Assembly (NCBI GenBank): GCA_000934665.2
Contig: KZ538027.1
Location: 1-64,000 of the forward strand
Length of the DNA stretch: 64,000 nt
From: Catajapyx aquilonaris
Taxonomy: Eukaryota
Direction of reading: 5' to 3'
Position numbers and translations under genes: made by a program. The notes under the pieces were generated by a model, which did no database searches, was not told the origin of the DNA, and worked only from the letters and a program-made list of their open reading frames with translations. Shown here piece after piece: positions 35,401 through 50,400 of this stretch (position 1 is the stretch's first letter; every line of letters starts with the position of its first letter).

Positions 35401-38400
35401 TTTTTCATGCGCATCATATAAAAGAAAACCTTAATATCAAGCCAGAACGCCTCGCCGTCAACAACTACGATGGAGCAACCAGGCAAGTTCAATGCAACCC
35501 GCAATTAAACCCTGACGAAACATTGAAGGGCAAGTTGCACATTCTTGGTAATATTGTCAAGTTCTGAGTATATACCCCGACGGTTATAATTTCCTCCGAG
35601 CACACTAGTAATTTTAAATAATTATAACCATAACTTGCTGCAATGAACGCAAATTAAGACAAAACCGGCTATAATTATGCTCACATATTCACAATTGAAT
35701 TGATGCAACGGGAGCTTAATTTGTTAAGCCTGCTTCAAAACTACCGAGTGCAACATTTTTGCGTTAAACTATCAGCTTTTTCCACACTGCACAAAAATAA
35801 GGAAGCACCGAGCGTGCACCATGCATTTAGCATAGTGATTAAACACGCTAATCAACCTTTCTCCAAGCCACTCTTACGTGACTGAAAACAGCATCATTCG
35901 CGGCCAATTTAGGACCTCCATGCAAATTGTCTCGACCTCTTTTTGTTTTCCACGCGAACATTCTGCACATGACAAACTTGTACACAAAACTGGTAGTTTT
36001 TTCAACAGTGTTCGGCGCACTACTGTACTGTTTCGAGTTCCGGTTGTAAAATATTTTATTGCCTCCCCGTTCAGAAGAGATCCAAGGCTGAGTTGGCTCG
36101 ATCCTGCTAACAAAGCAACAACTGATTTTATCTGCTCCGAAAACTGAGTGTGCGCGTAGGCGTAAAAAATCAGCCTATTTATCACATCCACGTTCTTTTT
36201 TTTTCATTACGCCTTTTTTCCCCCCCCCTCAGCTGACCGCACTGTCACTATCAGTGTTGTGGATACGCGGACGGTATCTCTTCCTAGGAAGTGCAAACCA
36301 TGACCTTCACAATCTCTGGCAGCGTGTCCCTTAGAATACCAACAAGGCTACACATAAGGGGGGGCAGAAGCAAGAGGAAAAACAAATAAATTAGTCACCT
36401 TCACCCACCCACCCACCCAAAAGTCGGTATCTGGAAGACATTACTGGTCCAGACTCGGAAGCTGCGAGAGGGTCAGCTGACATGTGTTTACTCGGCACCC
36501 TGACCTTTGACCCAAACAGGACCATATACGCTCGTGATGTAACGTTCGAGGACTATCCGATTCCAAGGGATATGCATTGAACTTCATGCAAGCCGAATAA
36601 GCGATCTAAAAAAACGATTGCGATCACATCTGTTACATAACTTGTTGTCGTTTATCTGTATGATCTTACATGGCACGTTATTTGTCTCTCGGCAAGGTAC
36701 TGCATCCTATCAGAAAAAATTATCCTGGACAAGCGATTGGTGACCATCAGCCAACTAGCGCGCTTAGTCAAAAATAGAGCAGCCTATATATTATTTCCAC
36801 TCGCATGATGCCAACATCTGGATGCCCTGTTGTATAATGCAAACTGAGCAGTAAAAATAAACATGCATTACGATAAAAATGGGATTTTATGCTTTTAGCG
36901 CTCGACAACAATCGTCGAGATTGTTTTATTTAAACCGACTGAGTGCTGGAGAAAATAATCTATAGATACCAGTTTGTCGTAATTCCAAGCCCATATACAG
37001 AGGGATTACCTCTCTTTCGGAAGAAGTCAACATAAAAACAAGGTCAATCCGCACATTATGTAATCCTGCAGATAATATATGCACATAATCAAAAATCAGG
37101 TGGCCCTGCGTTGTCCTTCCATTTCAGATTACACCCAGTCCCAATGGGCCAACTCAGGTCAAGAGGTTGTCGCGAGAGGTCAATCCAGTGAACATCTTCG
37201 CCAAGAAATAATCTACAAATCCTTAAAATGAATCGTCTGAAATATCAGGTGACCTCGTACGACACTATTGAAACTTTGTCGGACGACAATTTTTCCTTCC
37301 TGATGGAGAATGTGGAACGCCAGGGCATCTCTCTCCAGCACACCATGTATTTTTTTCTCTCTTTATCGGTAGAGTTGGCAAACATGACCTCTAAGTTCCC
37401 ATTACAGATCGGATAGCGTATCCTGTACAAACCAGCTGAGACCTGTAACTTGTTGTATCGGAAACCATAACACACATGTCAGTGATATAACACTAATCGG
37501 TCGGTGGAAACAATACACCCCGCGGAGCCAAACACACGTGTACAGTGCTTATTCCCTTCAACGTGAAGCCCTGTGATTTCTCCAACCTGTCCATTAAACT
37601 TAATAAAAAAATGACGCTTGACATGGCCTAAAAAAGCGACTTATGTGGGTTATCGCTAAACTCACTTGACAGACCAGAAAATTAAAATAAAGATGACTCG
37701 ATCTTTCGACCTCCCTGCTCTTATTCTAGAACATGACACCAGTGAAAATGCAAGCTGACATTGCACTTTTTTTTCTTCTTTTCTTTCTTTCTTCGGTCCC
37801 ATTAACTTGGCCTTAATTATTTTTCCAAGCACAAATTCAGCATTTCCATACACATTCGGCCGACTTTTTCTCTCTCTTCCAATTTCATTCTCCGAATTGA
37901 GAGGAAAAGGAAGAGAGAGAGAAAAAAAGTTCGTAAACTTTCAATGGCTTCTATACGACAACTAGGAGGGCAATAGTCGTTCAATTACTTCCTCTTTCCA
38001 TGAAATATTGAACAAAAAAAAAAGGCCGTTCGCAGTTTAGAAACGGAAAACTCAAGAGTGCACGTGCCCTACATATTAAAACTTGCTATTTCGTTCATAT
38101 CTGAATGTGTTTTCCTGGCAGTGGATATACATCGCTCAAAATTCCTGGTAACGATCAGCATATCGCAGCTATAATTGAACACCTTCCCTATATAAATCAC
38201 AAAAATTCGTAAAACATGGCCTGCTGTCCCTTGCTGAAGCAACATGTCAAACGTTCGGCATGAATTTTTATTATTATTTACGTGTGGTTCAATATTCCAC
38301 TACTGTGTATAACTACAGCTCCAAGCAACCAGTTTCAAGTGAATAAATCTGTCACATCAGGCTACTGGTTGCTGGAGTGAACAATCGTCATCCTGCAGCT

Positions 38401-41400
38401 TCCGTAAGCTGTCATTCTTAACATAAACTTGAAAGTCACTCAAACTGGAATAAATGCGAGGTAATTATACAATATTCAAGCATCCATCACATCCCCGTTC
38501 CGAGAAGTTACCAAGGTCTTGGGAAGCTGTGTACAACATTCTGTCTGCACCGAAGTGTGGAAATATTCCCAGTTAAAAAAAAAAAATGAATTTAAAAAAT
38601 CTGTGGTGTTGTAACTCTGAAAAAGTCTCTTCGCGTGGCAATAAATCCTGTTGATAAATAAAGGCGCCACCTGACGTTACTTGAAGGTGACCGAACCTGC
38701 GGTTTATTCCGTAACATTTCTTTTTTATTTCTTCGCGGTACTGAAAGTCACGTGTTGTCTCATCTCCACCTGACGTCATTCAGGAATATCCAAGTCTTTT
38801 ACGCGGGTTTTTTTTTTCTTTCTTTCCCTTTTGCAAAAACCTGCCAACCTTCCAAGGCTGATGCCAAATACGAGTTCATGACATGGGAGCAAACGCGCCA
38901 ATGAGGTAATTACCGTGCTTGAATCTCCAGCACGTTTTTTTTTTTTTTTTTGTTGCCAAGTGTTCGTAACCGGTGCACATATGACAACTGTACAATTTGC
39001 AAAGCACGTTCTCGACTGATTCATTCCCGCGTCTGGGACAAAGGCTCTGTTTGTCAAATTTTACGAGAGGAAAACTGTCGTAAATCAATGAATTGTCCTT
39101 TTGAGGGCGTTTTAATAAGTTGGAATTGCCGTCGAGTTGGAGCCATTTCTTTATATCTTATTGCCATTGGCGACGTGATCTAGGCGCGCCCAGGTTGCTG
39201 TTACGTGGATATCTGCGTACAACACCGCAACAATATTAATATCATTGTTCCGACTACAACGTGCCATTTTCTAATACTGTACAACGAGCAATTTTGGCAT
39301 GGTCAGCTGGTAATGGATCCGTCACAAAAACAGGTGTCTGTCAATCATGTGGGATTAGTCCCTCAGCATTTTGTTCCACCCTGCTGCAGTCCTCGGGTGG
39401 TCCTAGGTGTCAAGATGAGAGATTGAGCGACCAGAGGCGTCCACCAACTTGGAATAAACAACCTTTGCAAGGATGGTGGGCAGTCAGGGAGGATTAAATG
39501 TCCAGCGCGTGTGCCTGTTTGCACCTCGAAAAACAAACCAGAGAAGGGGGCCAACATCATCAATACTCTTTCAGTCATCATTGGTCAGATGCTGGGCCAT
39601 CTGGTCCGGACGAAAACACTCGTCACCTTGCTGATCGACACGTTGTGTGTCCTCGTTTCATTACGCAATGCGTTACACAGCTCATGACAGTCAATGAACC
39701 AAAAATGGCTTAACATTTGATGTTACATAAACAGCCACAATAAACCAACACATGTAGAGTACAAAATAGTGTCGAATTACCCCGCTAGAATTATCGTACA
39801 TTGGTCTGAAAGTATAGGGGGAAAAATGGATGCTGATAAAGTTTCGCAGGTCAACAAGTTTCCAGCCTTTTCCAGCCGGATGAGTGAATCAAGTTTCTAT
39901 ATCAAATTTCGTGTTCCGCCAACTTCCTAGATAAGTTGTCGACACCAACTGCCACAGTTTACCAGATAACACGACTGCTCGGTTGCCAATAATTGACAAT
40001 TTTCTTCTACCTCGGGATGCTCCACCAATTTCCCTCTAGGCAGGTAAGTCAGAAAGTGTCAAACAACGGGGGTCAAGAGTTCAGGGTCAGTCTGGATGGC
40101 AGTGAAAAGGTCGTCTGAGGGTCTGGTTTATTTTAGGAGACAATCCCCTAGAAGGAGCCATGTATTTGGACAAGGTGCTTTAAAGTGGTCAGACTGCCCC
40201 TGACCTACGACCCCAGCCGACCGGTCCCCACAGATTGGAAAAAGAGGACCCCTTTATCAGCCAGGAAAAGATATTTCTCAAAAACATGGTACGCAACCCG
40301 TTCCTTCACGATATGGCCTGGTGCGTTCAACCCTTTTAAAAACCACATGACGACACCAGCAGTTAATGGCTGTTGTCTCTTGTCGCCAACTAGGTGCAGA
40401 AATATCCTGGAAATATGATAACTAGGTGTGACCTTTCAGGACGGGCACAGGATCAACCCCGCTGTGTCAAATTACTGTCCTCGGTCTTCCGCAGCATACA
40501 TCACGCCCTATGACAGGTCATCATGTTTCTCTCGTGGTTTGCTTCCAAGTTTACAGGAAAACAGTTCAAAAAATCATTAGACTGTTTGTCAGTATGATGT
40601 TGGCACCAAAAAAGTGACAAACCAAATTTTTGGGTTGTCACTTAGAGTTCCAGATGAATCATTGCCAGCCAACACTTCTGAGACATTTTACAACCCATCA
40701 ATTGGTCGTCAATAGGGCGTATCCCAGAATCCGTATTGTCAATGGCTCAGGGTCTAATTCACAATCGCTGCCTACAATGGCAATTCCTCTTCCGTGACGT
40801 CACAAGTGAGCAACATCCACACAGATCAACGACCCGCGACTTTTCCTTCATTCTTCATTCACAATGGTTAATTGTCCGTGAGGAGTTTATATATACGGCA
40901 CATGTTGTCTGTTATCACCGTGCATTGCTGCAGGTCTGGGATTGGTCTGCAAAAATATCTCCAAGAATAGAACTCAATTCTATTTCGTTAACTATGCGTA
41001 GCACCAGACCATTTCGCACTTGTCTCACCTCATAACCGAGTAAAAAGCCCAGCACCCCCGAGATCAATAGACGAGCCGGCACGTTTCACTCCTAAACCTA
41101 CTCTCCTTGTTTCCATAAACGACCAAAGATTAGGTGCGGAAAAAAAACCCCTTTCACCAAAGTGCCCAATTCATATTCATTCGAGCGGAACACAGGGTGT
41201 CAAAAAATATGCGCTCAGAAAAATTAATGCAGATTGCCCCAGCTGTCCCCCTCCGAGTCTTTAAAAAAAAACACACAATAATTTGTACACTGTAGCATAT
41301 GTCTCACGGGGATCAATTACCTCGAAACATCTGGGCGCAAAGAAAGAAATTGCCCTCTTGACTTCTTTTTCCAAGCCCCATGAGTCACTCCGGACGACGA

Positions 41401-44400
41401 CCTCTTATAAATGCACCCAACCTGGATTTTAAAAAAATCCGGAGCAATTGCAGGTAAACACGACTGCACATGCAACAATGACCACATTTTTTTTTCTCCA
41501 GATGTCAACGACCCTTCCTTATCTGTCGGCGACACTCTAATTTAGGACAGGAGATAAGACCAGCAGGATTAGTGAATGGTGCATCAGCATCACCGTTTAT
41601 TTCCCCTCCCCAGCAACATTTTTCTTTCACATCCGCAACAATATTTGGGCATTAGCACCAGAAATCGGCCGTGATGTCTCCAGGCTTTTGCCCATTGGTT
41701 CCTTCCTACCCCAATCGCCGTTCCGCCTGTTTCCATGCACACACAATCAATGTCAAAGGCCATTCAAGAGTATATAGGGGGGGTTTGATAGGGGGGTGGA
41801 ATCACCGAAGCAATGTAGTGTCACTGATTGACCCTGGCTTGTCTCTCTCTTTTTTTTAAATGGGTATAGCTACCCCCTTTGTTCCAGAATGGATTCAGAA
41901 ATGCAGAACAAGGACTTGTTCCCCCCCTCCTATTCTAAAACAACCATTGTTTCACACGCCATATATTTTTTTTCAAACGCCTAACTCCCCTCATGCCATG
42001 ACACTAATTCCTCTTATCTGGCGCAACAATGCAATTAGCAGATCATGGAGTTCATTCAACCGTTGCGCGCAAATTTGATTCAAACTATATATATACGAGT
42101 CGGCGGGTGCTGGGACACAAATTTTGGACCCAAAAATTTCATCATGAAATGGCTGTAAAATTCAAAAAGCCCTTGACTTGGAAGATCAGCAGAGAAAAGA
42201 TAGTGAATGTGGTGTGAGATAATAAAAAAAACATCGGGCGAGAAAATAGAGTTTTATACACTGAGTGAAAGGCAACGCTGATGGAATTATTTCTGGGGCT
42301 CTTTTTTTCGCCTGCCACCACCCACTCCACGGGGGCTCCACCATTTTTATTTCTCAACAGCGTTGCACTGATTGTGAATTATGAGAGAAAGTGAGGACCG
42401 TGGAGGAGAGAGAGGTTTTCATTAATCGCAACCGATTTCACGCCAGAGCTGACGGATAAAATGTGACGCTGTCACCAAGTCCATGCGACAATTTTGTGGT
42501 TTTCTATAACATGGCCGGCTCTGTCAAGACGCGCTCCCAAGACTAAATGACATTGTTGTAATTGATAAGCAATGGTACATGCAGCGAGAACACAATAATT
42601 TAATACTTCGCACGCGTGCTGCACGTATATCTTTGCCGTTGCGATAAAAACATATACAGTCACACGTCCAAGCGAGTCGGTGCAAGTTTTGATGAATGCT
42701 AATCTGAAGGAGACTTTGATTATGCACGGGCTCAAAATGTATAGAGCTGTTTACGATTGTCGTCCGCTCAAGGGCACTATGAAGCAAAACCCCTCAACAA
42801 TAAAACCGCTCCGTACCGGCTATGTCACGGAAATATCACTTTTGCCAACATACAAAAAAAATGCGGTGTAAAATCTACACTTCCTAGCTTTTTTTTTTTT
42901 TACATCCACAATGAAGTACAATGTTTGAGAGAAAAGTACGTGTGTGTAGTTATGAAACTTGGATCGTGCACATTCACATTTCATTCTTGAACGTGTGATT
43001 CCACATGGCGAGTGACGTCGCATTTTAAAGAGGTATTGTTGGGTCAAGGCGATACCTCTCTCGGGTCAGGTTAGTTCAAACCAGAAATCCCTTAGTCGAC
43101 GCCCTCCATTTTTATGAGACGCCCCCCTTTTTTGTTGACATTTCCCACCGGTTTTCGCACAATATCTTTTGCCTCACCCTATTTTGCATTGCCCTTACGT
43201 CACACACGCTTCATGCGGAATCGCTCTACGGGTCACCTTGTTGCAATTGAATTGTTTGGCAAATATGTTAATGAGCACTTAAAACCTCTCATACACTCCC
43301 CCCAGAAAAAGCATCCAACAATTCGAAGCATCCGGTTCATTTGGCCGGACCTAATAGTCCTTGGGCCTCTATTTTTATACCCGGTTATATCTATAATCCG
43401 ATTTGCAAAAAAATCTTTCCCCGGCCGTAACATTACATAAAGGGATGCGTCAATGAGGCTCATAAATATTGCACCAAACTTCACAGAATGCTGGGATTGG
43501 GAGGCCTTCACGCCCCATAGTTGACCTCCTCCTAAGAATTCGCATTCCGCATTTGCATGCCCCCCCTCCCTATACCCTACCCTTCCTAACACTGTTCTTC
43601 CGACACCCGCGAATTATCTTCTCCGGTGTGCCAAGTGTTCCAAGCGCCCATAATTAGAGAGCCCAGTCCTCCCACTCCCAGAGAAAATAAAAAGAAAGAA
43701 AAGAAAGAGAGCCCAGGTAAACAGGCACTGCATGTGTTGACACGCATTCAATTACAAAGCTTCGCAATCTGGTGTGGTTGCTGGAGGGTGCAAAATACAC
43801 CCCCCTCTTAGAGAGTACCTAAGGGCAGGGTCATTTGGTATGCACGTGCATTTGCATAAGTCCCCCGGTCTCTCTCTCTCTCCTTTTAAGCGGTGTTTGT
43901 CAGGTAAACCGGTGACGAACTTCACGAAGGCCGGGGAGAATGATGGCGACGACAAGCATTTTATGTTGACTCAAAAGATCGAGACAAAGAGGTGGTTGTT
44001 TCCCAGCAGCCCAAAATGCGTGGACACGGAATGCAGTGGTCCGAAATAACCGGCAGGCATCTCCCAGGACAATTTGGCAGGACCTCAAGTGCGTCAAGAC
44101 GACCGAAATGACAACGAATTGTCGCCCATCCCTATTGGTCACCCACGTGGGACTGGACAACAGAAAAAACAATAGATTCGATTAATCGCATCGTGATATT
44201 TGCGCTTAATGCTGCCTTATTCCCTTTATGTGTGTAATTGAACGGAGTATATCTTAATTGACTCGGTAAATATTGTCGTAAAGGGCGATAATTCAAACCG
44301 TAATGTGCGGGGACTTGCCTGTCATTCGCCTGATCGTATTATGACTGCCACGACAGCTGCACATTAGTCACATTTCTATGTGACAGTGACAGATAAGCAT

Positions 44401-47400
44401 GCTTCGCAGTGCATCTTTTTTTATTTTTAAAGGGCACTAAAAATAAGGCATAGAATGTGCAGCACTTGGAAGATGCAATGACACTTGGCTCCTAAGAAAC
44501 ATGCCGCTATTCTTCGCACTACCTGTTTGAGATTAGCATGAAAATGGCAAACTTCAATCGTATAACACACTCCAATAATTTCGCACAACCCGGCAAATCC
44601 GACCCATCCCCAAAATCTTGCGGAAATCGGTCACAACATGTTTTTGCAGTCTCCCCATCCAGCAGCTCATCCGCTTGAACTCCTCGCAGCAACATCCCGC
44701 GAAAACAATCGTGTGTTCCAAAAGCGTCTTCCGTCCCCTGGCTCTTGTCATTCGCGTCAGACCCGCGGTAAACAACTATATAGTGTAGACACAAATCACG
44801 TGCAAATACAACCCGGATGTGTCGTTCGAGGTATATGATGACGTTACCTGGACAGGACAGAACAGCAGCATTGTAGGAGCCTCTGTCTGATCGTCACCGG
44901 CACAATCCTCCCACGTGGTGGTGTGAAACCCCGGAAGATGATGCATCATGTATGCACCTTGTGTCATACCGAGCCTTATTTATATAGGGAGAGGAACCAT
45001 ACGACAACGCCCGGTTTGCAAATCCGAAAAACGACTAGTGAGGAAGGATGCTGCTCGACCGCACTTTATGTTTACAGCATCTGCCAAGTGGGACGTAAAT
45101 GCGTGAAAAAATGCGGCTTGCGCATGGTAGAGGGTTCACTGTCTAAGGTCATGAGTGCACATGAACTTAAGATAGGTGTTCCACTTCAACAAGAGGAAAC
45201 GGACAGCTATAATTGCAGAGTGCCATGCCAATAAGTTGCGAAACTGTACGGTATCTGGAGGCTGAAATTAAATGGTTATCGCCTATGCATATTATAAAAA
45301 TTTTCGATGTTACGTAAGCATGACGCGGGTTATGAACTATAATTAATTTGTCCAAAGTCTTCCCCAATAGTTGAAAATGTGATGTGTAAACACCATTTCA
45401 TAAGCAGCCATAAAAATTATTTATTCCTAAAGCTCTTTATAGAATTGGACCTATTGCAATTTTTTTGTACGTGCCATTTTTAGTGTATTTCATGATGAAC
45501 CTATAAGGAAGACTTTCTTACTTGAGAGATAATAATGGCTCTTTAGAAACTTCTGCTGTTGTCTGATTAGTGTCATGTGACCAACAAAAAGTGCCAATGC
45601 TACTTCTCTAATAATAACGCCAGCAATGGATACTGTGATGTCTGCAGGATTATAATTTAATAGTCCGTTCCATTATTAACATCGCTGCAAATCACAGTAA
45701 CCATTGTGACGTCTGTACGTCCATTGAAAATTTATATTCGGGCTGGATTTGCCATTCTTATTAATTGTTTGGTCCATCAGTTTCTGACAATCTCACACCT
45801 GGAGGCTGCATCCGAATTTTACAGAATTCAAAATAAATTTCTAACCCCGTCAATATCGTCATTGCCGTCAGAAAGTCCCACCTTGCACATCCTTCCAACA
45901 CCCCGGAAATGCACACTCCTTTCCAGCGTGACGTAACGTGACGCTAACGAGTCCCCCCCGCCATTTCTAAATCTGTATGACGGCTGATTAAATAGGAAAT
46001 GAGCCAGAGGTCATCTTCACACTTCGGAGAAGACAGGCGACCTCGTTGTGTTGCCTATACAAGCAGTCGCTGCAGGAGAACTTCTTGCACCTCATTTACG
46101 CTGACACTCCTGATAGAAAGTGTCCCACTTCGCACGCATCAAAGTTACGTCACAGTATTTTATGCAAATAAGTCGGATCTATGGGGGGGGATGACCGTCG
46201 CTTGTTCAGGAACTAGGGAGAAAACTCGTTACGCTTTTATTTTCTTCTTTCTTCTCCCCCTCCCCCCACCGACGCGGAATTGAAACGTGTGACAAAGGAC
46301 AAGTGAATAGAAAATGTCACCTACCTGCTCGTCCAAACAGGCGAAGGACGGCAGCTGAAATGGAGCAAATATATATATTTAAAATAATGCAAATTATGTA
46401 TACGAATTCACATGCCACAACCTTGCTCTCTAAGTGTATACAGTATACAAAAGGAGGGAATTCAGCGTTATGGATTGCTTATCCCAAGCAACAATTCACC
46501 GATTGTTGCATGCCCTTGAAACACTGGTTGCTGGAGCAAACACTCAATATCTCCCGTTATTCTATGGACTTGGACATCAATACCTTCCTCCACATTTTCT
46601 CCAAGAGTAGACTATACACTTAGGGTCGGTTGCATGAATGCAAATAGAGGGGGGGAAACATTTTTTTTTTTTTTGTGAATAACTAAGTCGAGATATTAGT
46701 TTCATACAACCGGCCCTTTTCATGATGGGAAGCCCATTTTCTTGATAAGCCTAAATATTTAGTTTAAAGTGATGCATCACATCTTAAGGGTGCAGATATC
46801 AAAAATATGGCCCCCACACATTCAATAGATGGCAGCATTGGTGCTTCCATTTACTGAATGCTCACCAGACAGCCGGATAAAAGCTTCTTATTTATTTTCT
46901 CCTTGTTTTCAACACCCTTGTTTATTCGCGTCCAAAAAAGAAAAAAAAAAGGATGCCGTGATTGGCTCCTGTGTTCCAGACACAATAATTGGCAGACTGG
47001 CCCCAGTTTAGCCCCCCGTCCCGACTTCCTCTGCCAGGGTCAAAATTCGCCAAACATGACCTCCAATCGACGACCTGAAACCCAGACTGCAATGCCAACG
47101 TCCTTAGACTTTGTAAGACTTAATTGGATGGGATTGGTTTTTACTCTCGTCCTCTCCTCGTTCAAGAGAGAAGTCCCGTGATTATCCTTCACTGGAACCA
47201 TCCGGTTGAAAGCTCTGGGCCACCAGACGAGATAAAGACCAGGGATATATCACTTTTTATTATAATAAAAAAAAATACACTTCCGCACCTTTGTTCTGGA
47301 ATCACTGGGGACAAATTCCACCGATAACTTTACTCGTAAAAAAAAAAAAAAGGAGGTGCATCAGGCCACAGCTGCATTGTGTTGGAAATGTAATCGAACA

Positions 47401-50400
47401 AATAATATGAGTCACGTTTCTTTGTTGGAATAGAGTTACAACCGTTTTATGTTTTTTTATGAGCCGCATTATGTAAGGAGAAGATCCAGATTGTCGGTAT
47501 CAGACTTTGCGTAATAGCCGTAATTGATAATCCGCGGCATATAATGTTTGTTGACTCGGTTACATACTACATGGCTCATGTTTGCGGTAATGGAATTGAA
47601 ATGTTTCATCAGCAAGGACATTGGTGGCCATATGTATGTCTTAATCAGAAATGCGATCACGAGTCTGTCAAAATTCCGGCCTAGCAAAAAAAAATAAAAA
47701 ATGACGAGGTGTCAAAGTCAACCGTTTTGCATCGCTTTGATAAACTCCGCTGTGACCACATGTCCCCAAATAAACCTTTTTTTTTAAATCCTCTTTACCA
47801 AAATTCTGCCCACATTTCTGTCCTCAAAAACTCAGCGATATGAAGGAAAATTCCTGAACTATATAACTGGCGGGTTATTACATCCCTCGAGACAGACTAT
47901 AGAGTCTCGCAACTTCGTCTGTTGGCCGTCAAATTAAATGTCTAGCCGAGGGGGATCTTAATAAAATCTGCGGCGGCCATACCTTGCCACATAATCAATC
48001 CGGAGTCTATATCCTGACTATTACGGCAACCGGTACGCCTCTCCTGCTCGCAGCGTATGTCTAATTCACAGGATGAAATTACTGTCATCCGAGAGGAAAA
48101 CTTGAGGAATAAGTCGCGCCAAATGCAGAATTCTTTTAATAACATCCATTAAGCCATGGCGATAGAAAACATGATGAGCACACGAGGCTATACCAATATT
48201 TTTGTTTATATTTTTTAATTATTGACGCGCTTCGCAGCCACATTGACGCAACGCACTGTAAATAAACAGATGCAAAACGACACTCACGCATACTGCACAC
48301 GTCAGGGGCGTCACTTGAATGTGACAAACCTGCGAAACCGTCACTGCAGCAGAATGATCCCGATCCGCATTCCTCGGTAGGTTGCACTTGACTCTGCACG
48401 ACCATCATCATTCTGACCTTGGAAATCAATATGGAGCTAGGGAAAATCCTGGTCTTTCAGCTAAAATAGTCCCCCACCAGCATGCTTGTTGGCTGGCCAG
48501 GGGAATAACAATAATCGCAGTGATCTGCTATATATGACGTCTCTTGTCACTCGCCAAACTAAATGGCAGGTTTTTATTTTCCACGCTCAAAAGTCGCCCT
48601 TCGTTTTCCGCTACGTGGTATACACGAAAATCAAAGGAAACCGCACAACAATGAGTTTTCCAGCCGGGAGAAAATGTGCCCTCTCTTCAAGCCCCAAGGT
48701 TGCAAATCGTTAAATGAAGCAATAAAATAACCGCAAGGAAACTGAGGCTATATAGGATAAACAAAGCCATTAAAAGGGCATGAATAATGCGAGAGGGCAA
48801 TCACTCCGTGAATACGCCAAGGAGTTGACAAAGAATCAAGTTCATATCATAAAAGCCAACAATGATTTCAATGCTGTCAATTAAACTAGTATAATTACAG
48901 ATGAGTGACGTCAGCACCCTGTAAATCTGGTAATTTAACTTCGACCTCCATACACCTCAGCTTACATTACTGCATAATAATTCGACAAAGTCCAACACAT
49001 TTTCTTCCCGATCCGGAACACATTTGGGCATGGACCCCAAAAAATTTCACTCTCAAATATGAACTCGGGTTTTGCATAAAAGACGATATCATCAAACTCG
49101 TGTGGGAGGCAGATCTTCTGTCATGTCAAGCCCTTCCCAAGATGAAATAAAGGGCGTGTCGCTTGTCGTCACCGGTGACAGACGACCACGACATCCTTAT
49201 CCTGCCAGGAATATATACCTGGCCTTCCATATATCGAATTAAAAGGAGAGCCGCTTCGTCGCCTGCAGTAATTGTCCTTTTGTGTACAGTACATCACATT
49301 TCAAAAATGGCATCCCAAGGTCTGATCGATTCCAAAATCGTGAAATTCGCCTGGTGATTACATCTCCCGCTTCTATTTATTTTATTTTTTGGTTCAGTAT
49401 ATACCTGCAGCTCGAACTTGAATATGACCTTGACGTTGCAGGTACATTTCCCCCGCGGTATATATACGAGAAGTCATTGTTGTCTGCTGGGCTTAATCGC
49501 GCATAGCATGCAAACTCCAGCAAGCACGTAAACCCCGGTTTTGTCACAGTTGAGAAATTCCCCCTGGCACGATGTCCAAGTTGGTAACAAGGAATATTAA
49601 AAGCAATCAATTATGAGTAATGACTAAATCTTCATTGGGCAAAAGGGGTGGACCGATGGACAACAACAAAAAAAACGAGCCTCGTAACCTACATTTTACA
49701 GCACATGGGAATTCCTAAAACTCATTAGTGACGCATTTCCACCAAGAGAGCTGCACCAGAGGCCCACTAACCACTGATTACCTTATTCTGCCAAGTAAGC
49801 TTTTGCAGCCTCACGTCATGAAGTAGAAGAGATAGCTGCTAGCTGCCATGACTGTAATTTTAGACCAACCCTCACATTAAGATTGCCTTTTTTTATTTTT
49901 GCTCCCAGAGTCCTTTCATCTGTAGCAAACATGTTTAAGTAATGCGTGATATTTATACTGCCCCCCCCCCCTTTCCTTGATTGCAATGGCCATTATGGGG
50001 CGTGCAGCAGGTAATGCGATTTATGGGCGTTACGCAAGTTGTTTCCAAGGGCGGCCAGGACGCTTAGAAGTGGTTATGACGAGCCTGGGATTGCTTTTTA
50101 TACAGTGTTTTCAGGTGCAAACCATGTCCAGTTGATTCGAGTTTCCCCCGTCCTATCTGCACCAATATTTTGCCAAGAAGCCAGTGTGGTCTTGAACATA
50201 TTTGAATAAAGATAATGCCGGATATTGAATTAGTGAGTGCTGATACATAATATCTTGCATTCCACAGCACTCTACAACAAACACACAATTATTATCAATG
50301 GCGACATTTTAATCTCAAGCACAGCTGCACATGGTCACTCCAGTGTTCATTCCGCCTGAGATGACTTTTGAGCATTTGTTTACAATTACAGAGATGGCCC

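Noticed and set aside
44519..44794. 91-aa minus-strand ORF in a sestrin intron
   Set aside because: No recognisable domain, non-ATG start, and the nearby donor is not in phase 0.
48288..48411. [37 protein letters not shown] as another sestrin first exon
   Set aside because: The strong gtgagt donor is in phase 1 (incompatible), and the phase-0 donor gtgtgc is weak. Not supportable without RNA data.
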